64,000 nucleotides of DNA from Octopus sinensis (Eukaryota), in the NCBI RefSeq assembly GCF_006345805.1, contig NC_042998.1, positions 107,694,001 through 107,758,000 of the forward strand. The letters run 5' to 3'. Position numbers and translations under genes: made by a program. The notes under the pieces are model-generated. The model searched no databases and was not told the DNA's origin. It was given only the letters and a program-made list of their open reading frames with translations. Positions 54,101 through 62,446 of the stretch are shown here, piece by piece; the stretch's first letter is position 1; each line of letters opens with the position of its first letter.

Positions 54101-57100
54101 GCTGATGCCAGTGTTGCCTGACTGGCACCCACGCCAGTGGCATGTAAAAAGCACCAACTGAGCGTGGCTAATGCCAGTGCCACCTGACCGGCACCCCTGT
54201 TAGTAGCATGTAAAAAGTATCATTTGAATGTGGCCAATGCCAGAGTTGCCTGACTGGCACCCATGTCAGTGGCATGTAAAAAGCACCCACTACACTCTCA
54301 GAGTGGCTGGTGTTAGGAATGGCATCCAGATTGGAGCCTGGTGAGCCTCCCAGATCACCAGTTCTCAGTCAAACTGTCCAACCCATGCTAGCATGGAAAG
54401 CAGATGTTAAATGATGATGATTATAGACTACCTTTCCAAAAAAGGAAAATCCAGTTGAATGGATAACCTTTATTTCTACAAATGATTCATACTTTTGTGA
54501 ATAAGAAAATTCCATACCACCCCCATCAAAGCTCTCTTCTTATCTTTATTTCAGTTTCTCATCCCTAAATTCCCACAAGAAACACTTCTCTCCTCCCTTT
54601 CCCCTTAGAACAGCAATGTCCTGCATCATTCTCCTTAATCATATTGTTTCTACAGGTGTTCAAGCTGAATATCAACAGTATATAGATTTTACCAGTACTT
54701 GCCCTCTTCCATATGTCCAGACTATAATACAATATTTTGAAAAGTAAACATTTACTAATGGTTTAAAACCAGAAAAAACTGTTCCATACCTTGGATCAAT
54801 GTTAATGTGGAGTTCTTTGGATTCAAGATGGTAAGTGAGAAGAGCAGCACTGAGTCCATCAACAACATTTACCAAATTTTTCATCCAACTACCAATTGTT
54901 TTCCTCTCAAAGTCTTGAATAGTTGTGATTGTTTCATTATAAATCTTTACAAAATTAGAGAAATGTGGTAATTGTTGTACTACACAAATGTCCATTAAAA
55001 TTTCCATGGGGTATTTGATTTTCTTCAGAGTGAATTTACACCATTGAATAGTTCCAGCTACTTTTGGAGAATTCCTAGGCATTGGAGGATTTTCCTTCTC
55101 CACAAAATTAAAATAATAAAAAGAATAAAGAAACAATGTGCATATAGTAAGTTCTATGGTCTGATCTTTAGTTGAATAAAGGATTTGTGTTTTATATATG
55201 TTAAACTGAGTGAATATGCAAACGTAAATGTAAACTGATAGGACAGTGAATCAAAAATTGAGAACGAGATGAGAGCAGATACTCCTCTTTGGGTTAACTT
55301 TGTATAAGACAATTTTATTCATGCTAAATTTATAAATACTAAAATGTGTATGTATGTGTGTGTGTGAAGAGAGAGAGAGAGAGAGAGAGAAAGAAAGAGA
55401 GACTGTGTTTGTGTGTGTGTGTTTTATTGTATAAGATGTATGTGGGCACTTGAGTGTTGCATGTAGGTGTATATATGTATACGTGTGAGGTAGTGATGGG
55501 GTATTGAAGAAAATGAGTTTGGCAACTGGTGCCAAGAGAGAGTGTAGTTGGGAAAGAGAGAATGAATTTTTGTTTATGCCAGACATGAGAATCCCAAAAC
55601 CATTGTACAGAGTTAAGTTGAATATAGAAAAATGCCAGGTTGAATGATTCCTAAATTAGAAATGGTATAAGATGGGAGAATTATTGCTGAGATGAATATC
55701 TTGAAGGAGTTCAGAGAAGTGCTTGAATAGGAGTCATACAATCTGACCAATGTATAGAGAATTACAAAGGGAATATTTTAGACAGTAGATATGATGGATG
55801 GAAATACAGGAGAAGCTGTCAGTTACTAAAAAGGAATGATAATTGGAACCAGTGAAGATGGTGTTGTTGGAGAGGAAGAGAAGGTAGTAGAGGTGAAAGT
55901 AAGGAAAGGATAAGGTTAGGTGCAGGGAGTGGCAACAAAAGATTTATGGATGAATAAGTCACATATATCATGGGCAAAAGTAAAGTGGGGAAGATGTGGG
56001 AAGTGATAAGGCTGTATGGGAAGATTTATAATAGGATAGTATGCTAGAGAAGTAGTATTAAAGGGTTGCTAGAGAGGGGATGGATGTAGGAAGAGAAGAC
56101 AGGGGTGTGGTCAACTTCACAGGTAAATTATGATGGGTTACATTTGGGTGAGAGGGCATTTTCAAGTAAAGTGACTTATATATTAAAATAAGATGGATAG
56201 GATTAATAAAAAAAATTGAAAAATAAAATGAATATGACAAGAATGAATAAATAAGATAGAATAAAATGAAATGATATACAAATGAATAAAAGGACTAGCC
56301 AATGGGGAGTTATGAGGTACAAAGCTTTTGAGGAAATGACAAGGGACTGAGACAACTGGTGATTTGCTGTGCTTCAGAAAACATGTCAAACTAAGTAAAA
56401 TTGAGGTCATATATGGATGTACTTTATGCCTCCACCCCATCAATACTCCCCCACAACTCATTTTCCCCAAATGATCACCACCTGCTGCATGCCCCTACAG
56501 TCTCACGTTCCTAACCACACATACTCACCATGCTCTCACATATCTACCACAGCTAATCCAATTTCACCATCATCTTGCTACAGTCACCTCTTTCCTATCT
56601 TTAAACATCTCCCCTTACACTCTTATGTAACATTTCCCTCTATCCCTCTGTACCACTTATATTCACCTCCACTGTAGGTATGTCCTGAAACATCTCCACC
56701 ATCATCTATTTCTCTCTAACTATCTCTCTTCTTTCTTTTTCTTCCGGGATAGTCAAGCATTACCTCTATAGTAAGACTCCTATCTCTATCACTTTATTAT
56801 TCTTTAACCTCTCAATCAGCACTCCACAAAAAGCCAGCTCCCTCTACAGCTGAGAATGCTTTGTATTGCAAGTATTTGGTGACCCCACTGGTGTTTGTGC
56901 CACAAAAAAAAAGCACCAGTTCTGATGCCACCTAAAAAGTATCAACACACTCTGTTGGCTTTAGGAAGGGCATCCAGCTGTAGAAACCATGCCAAAGCGG
57001 ACAATGGAGCCTGGTGCAGTTCTATGGCTCCTGTCAAACCACCCAACTCATGACAGCATGGAGAATGGATGCTAATTGATGATGATAAGTCATTTAGGGA

Positions 57101-57152
57101 GACAGAATAAGGTCATTTAGGGAGACAGGCATATATGTACATATATATATGT

Positions 57153-57240
<88 letters not shown>

Positions 57241-60200
57241 AACTTGAAAATCGCCATTACCATTACGATTCTGCAATTTAAATTCCCAATTCAACTTACT
57301 TTCTTCTTCAATTTCAACTCTCGATCGATGCCCGCAGCAAGTTCTTAAAAATTTATCTTACTATTCGTTGTTACTACGTTTATTCATACATTGTTACGAA
57401 AATTTAACCTTTTAGGCTACTTTCAAGCCTTCGCCATAACTTGATTTATCTTTCCTATCTCTCTCTCTACAAAATTTAACCTTAGGCTACCTCAAGCCGT
57501 AATCCCATCTCTTCCCATCTTTCCGCCATTGGCGGTGCGCCCCCCCACCCCCAATACCGATGAACACTGTTCTCACCCCCACCACCAATACCGGTGAACT
57601 CTGTTCTCACCACCACCACCACCAATACCGGTGAACACTGTTCTCACCCCCCACCACCAATACCAGTATACCCTGTTCTCACCATCTACACCGGATACGC
57701 CTTACTCATCTACACCGGGTACGCCCTACTCCCTCCCCCTCCCCCCACTACCCCTTCTCCTCATATGCTTTCACTGTGAAAAGACAAGCTGCTAGCGCCA
57801 TAGCTCATCAACTGCCCACCGATCTTACGCTTCCTCCTGACACTGCCTCATTCCGACCATCCCCTTTAGTACCCTCCCGCCTCGTAATATCCTACGTTTT
57901 TATTTCTTAGGAACCTTCACCAACCCTTCCTGCCATCGTTCCTCCTTACCCCAACCTTCCCCACTGGTTGCTCCCCTATATTACCCGCCTCAATTGGACC
58001 CCCCCTCCCCAACTCAACTCTAGAATATCTGTATTTCTTTCCTCTACCTAATTACGTTACTCAGTGACGATAAATGCTGTGACTACAAAGACCCGGGCTG
58101 CTTTCTGCAGCAATTCCACATACCCCCTACCCATTCTAAGTACCCCGGATCCCCAAAGTACCCTGGATCCCCAAAGTACCCCGATCCCCAAAGTACCCCG
58201 GACCTCGTTGCCCCCGTGCCGCTGACACGTTAAAATGCTCGAACCGATCGTGACGATGCCGGACCCTCCGGCCCCTGTGCAGGTGGCACGTAAAAAGCAC
58301 CCAATCCACTCACGGAGTGGTTGGCGTTAGGAAGGGCATCCAGCCGTAGAAACTCTGCCAGATTCAGACTGGAGCCTGGTGCGGCCCCTGGCTTCCCAGA
58401 CCCGGTCAAACCGTCCAACCCGTGCTAGCGCAGAAAGCGGACGTTAAACGATGATGATGATGATGATGATGACAGCAAAATATTAAATTATGTAAATTGT
58501 ATGTAATAGTAGATAGTTGCTCACCTTGTTTTGCTGAAAAATATCACATTGTTCCAGTAAGTCAGATGCATAATGATTGAAGACTTTAACATAACATCTT
58601 TCTATCTTAGGAACCAATGCTGTTCTCTTAGATACACTTGAAAATCTACAACATCGAACAGTTTAAAAATATAAATTATATAATTTTGTACAAACATATA
58701 CAAAATTCAATACACACACACACACACACACACAAATTTTGCAACCATCAAGTTTCAGAATTGATACTATGACTTGGTAATTGGACAAGTGTATTCCATA
58801 AGGAAATGTTACCTTATTCAGGAATAGGTGAAGGTTGGCAACAAGAAAGGTATCTAGCTATTGGAAATATGCTTCAACAAATTTAATCTGAACCATGCAA
58901 GCATGGAAAAGAGATCAATAAAAAGGATGATGAATATATTTAAATAAAATCGTTTTTAAATCTGTTTTTATGCTGGTTTGGGTTGGATGTTTTGACAGGA
59001 TCCAATGGGTTGGAAGACAATGCCTTGCCCTAGTCTCTCAGTTTTGGTATGATTACTTCAGTTGGATGACTTCCTAACATTAACCACTTTACAGAATGCA
59101 CTAGGTACTTTCTGCATGGCAGCAGTAATAGTGAGATCCCCTCATAACTCACAGGACTAAAGAGCATTCACATTTGAGAGAAAGAATGGGCAGTTGCTTT
59201 ATGTGAAGCGTTGAGAGGTTAAAGTAAGATGGGAAGAGCAGATACAGGTTTATTGTTGTGGAGGTAATTCATGACTATCACACATTTTACATTAGTGGGT
59301 GTAGCTGGAGTAGTGCCAGAAAGAGTGGTAAATATGGTGGTGATGAGATGCCAAAACATACCCCCAAGATAACATGTCCAAGAAGGTGAGTAGAAGAGAG
59401 CATGGAGACAAAAGAATCAGGAAGAGCGGATAAGGTTGCAAAAGCATGAGAGTGAGAGGAGATTGAGGGATAGATGCAGTACAGAAATGGTGATATGACA
59501 TGTAGTAACAGGCTCTTTTTTTCATTATTTACATCAGCAGAATAATACAGTATATAGCAGAATGATGGAGGGAAAAGTGATAGGGAGATGAAGGGAGGGG
59601 TTAAGGTTGCGAGAGTGTTGAAGGAAAGTGAGAGATGGATTTAAACCAGAGTTGGGTAAATGATAGTAAAACAATGGTAAATAAAAGTAATGGAGTGATG
59701 AAAGAAAAAATGAGGGAAGGATGTCAATAAAAAGTGGCACAAGGAGAGGAACTGAGCTGTCTGGGTGGGAGAAAGGAGGAAGTAGCAGTTATAGACTTGA
59801 TGGGAGGGCTTTAGGTGTGTGTTTATATGTTTGACACAATACTGCCAGTCTCAACAAAGCCAGCAATGTATCAAATAGTAACTTAGCCATTCGATAAAAT
59901 ATAGATCAATAAAATAAGTAGCAGACTGAAATTAGTAATTGGCTGCTATGATTGACTAGAGAAGAGAGGAGTCTTCAATCTTGGTAAATAACCACTTTTG
60001 TGCTGGTGAACCAATAAAACACACCATACACTGGTGATTAAAAGTAAACAAACATGTGAATGGAGTGCAAATCTACTAAGTTCTTGAAATATGGATTAAT
60101 GATATAATGAAGTCAATGAACCAAGGTAGCTACTATGAAATGTGTGTTTGAGTTCAACTATGCATTTATTTGTTTTTGTTGGTATAATTCAATTTCAAAA

Positions 60201-62247
60201 TTACAATTCTGACATAGGTAGCAGTGGTGGCAGCGGAACCACCACCACCACCATCTCCTCCATTTCTACTGCTTAGATTGTTCCATAAAGATTACTGTTT
60301 ACCTGTCAAGTATGTCAAGTGATTGTTCTACTGATAGATCTTTTCTGAATATAGCATCCAAATAACTTCTTATTAGTAATTCACTTTCTGTAATAATTGA
60401 TTGGAATTCACAATATAAATTGTTGAGTTCACCAGAGTCCTATAAATCAGAAATTCGTTTATTTAATAGTTTTCTGGAAAATTTTGTAACTACTTAATAA
60501 CTTCTTTATTTGTTGCAAAGGCATCAAAAGAGGAACATTACAAAGACGAAAAACTAAAACAAAGAGCAGAGATTAGGTGAAAAGGCAGACAAAAATATTA
60601 ATGTCATGGAAAGGGGTCAGCTTTATTGAGCAAGCTAGAGCATCTTACAAACCTTAGATACTCCTCAATAAAAAGTGGCTTCTCTTTGCTGTTGATCTAC
60701 AAACAAAACATGAGAATTATCTCCTCTGTTACATCAACTCACCATTCTCATACCCTCAATGACAAAAAACACTTCCATACCTTTCTTATTACCAATCATT
60801 ACAGTGAACCTGTTAGACAATTTAATTTGTCCCAACCAACACAGCAGCTTTTTGATATAAGTCCATAGGTATGTAAAGAAGATAAGAACAATATTTTAGT
60901 GAGTACCTACCAGTTCACTAAATTTTTAATAGAATTTAATGTCAGTTCTGACCTTACTTACAGGACCTTTGACATGACTTGATTGACTGTCATGAACCAT
61001 TTACTTACACTTAAATTTCATATACCCCACCAGACCACTGACCATAAGATACACTCAAGGATCTTCTAGACCAATTAGTAAGGTAACCTCCTAAGCAGAT
61101 TATCTGGTTTCCACTTCCAGACAATGTAAATTTATGGATTTTTATTTAATTGACAGTGGTACTTCAGCATGAGCAATAACTCAGTAACTGGAACAAGTAA
61201 TAGAGTAAGCACATATGCATATACAGTGACTGAGAATATTTCCCTATGAAATTGTAATTTCCACTTACATCTAAATTAGTATGCAATACATCGACTGTAG
61301 TTATCTTATGAACGATCTTCGTTAGATTTCTCATTGTGTTACCAAATACATTCAACAAAATAGAACAATTTTCTTCATCAGCAAAATATGTTTCTATAAA
61401 AAAAGAAATTTGTCATCGTTATCATCATCTGGGTGTGTGTTTATAAGGTATAGGTGTGGTGAGTGGCTAAGAAGCTTGCTTCACAATTATATGGCCTTAG
61501 GTTTAGTCCCTCTGCACAGCCCTTTAGGCCAGTGCCTTCTATTATAGTCTTAGGCCAACCAAAGGCTTTGAGTGGATTTGGAAGGCATAATCTGAAAGGA
61601 GTCCATTGTGTGTGTGTGTGTATATATATATATAATATATATATATATATATTATATATATATATATATCTGTGTGTGTATGTTCCCATGTATCTTTATC
61701 TAGACATTACATGATGATTGTAAAATGAGCATCATTGCCATACAATAATATGATAAGATATAACCATACATCATAAAATACATATGATAGAACAAGATTT
61801 TACAATACTAGAATTGGTATATGTCCATATACTTCAATTTTAGAGAACAATGTTCAAATATGACATAATTCAGAAGAATGATGTAGTCTAACATACCCAG
61901 AACGATCAATTTACTTTATAATATTTTTAGAAGAAAGAAAAGTTATATAAAACAACTTCAAAATAGTTGAAATTTCAGTCATGCTTACTTAAAATATAGT
62001 CATTTGAATTGTATTCCTTTTTGTGATGCACTAAATTGTTTCTTTTCTTGATATCACATATTTCTTCCAGTTTTTCCTCATTTTCTTTTTCCTCATGTGC
62101 ATCTTCTTCCTTAACTGCTGGAAGGCTACAGTCTTTGATGTCATGCATAGGTTGAAAAACTGCAGATCTGTCTTCATTCAACACTGTAAAGCAATGTTTA
62201 AAATATTTTAATGCTCTTTCTCTTTCCCTGTATGTATATATGTATAT

Positions 62248-62301
<54 letters not shown>

Positions 62302-62403
62302 ATCGTGTGTGTGTATTAGCAGTTTACTTCAAATAGCATTACTTAACATTTCACAAACAATTTTTTTTAATTAAGGCAACATAATGCCATTCAGAGTCAC
62401 ACT

Positions 62404-62446
<43 letters not shown>

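Noticed and set aside
57550-57720. Regularly spaced repeats superficially like a CRISPR array
   Set aside because: The units are contiguous tandem copies with no unique spacers, there are no cas genes, and the context is eukaryotic
60450-60555. Upstream extension of exon E from the acceptor at about 60554
   Set aside because: It has stops in the needed frame; the acceptor at 60440-60441 gives a clean phase-0 join
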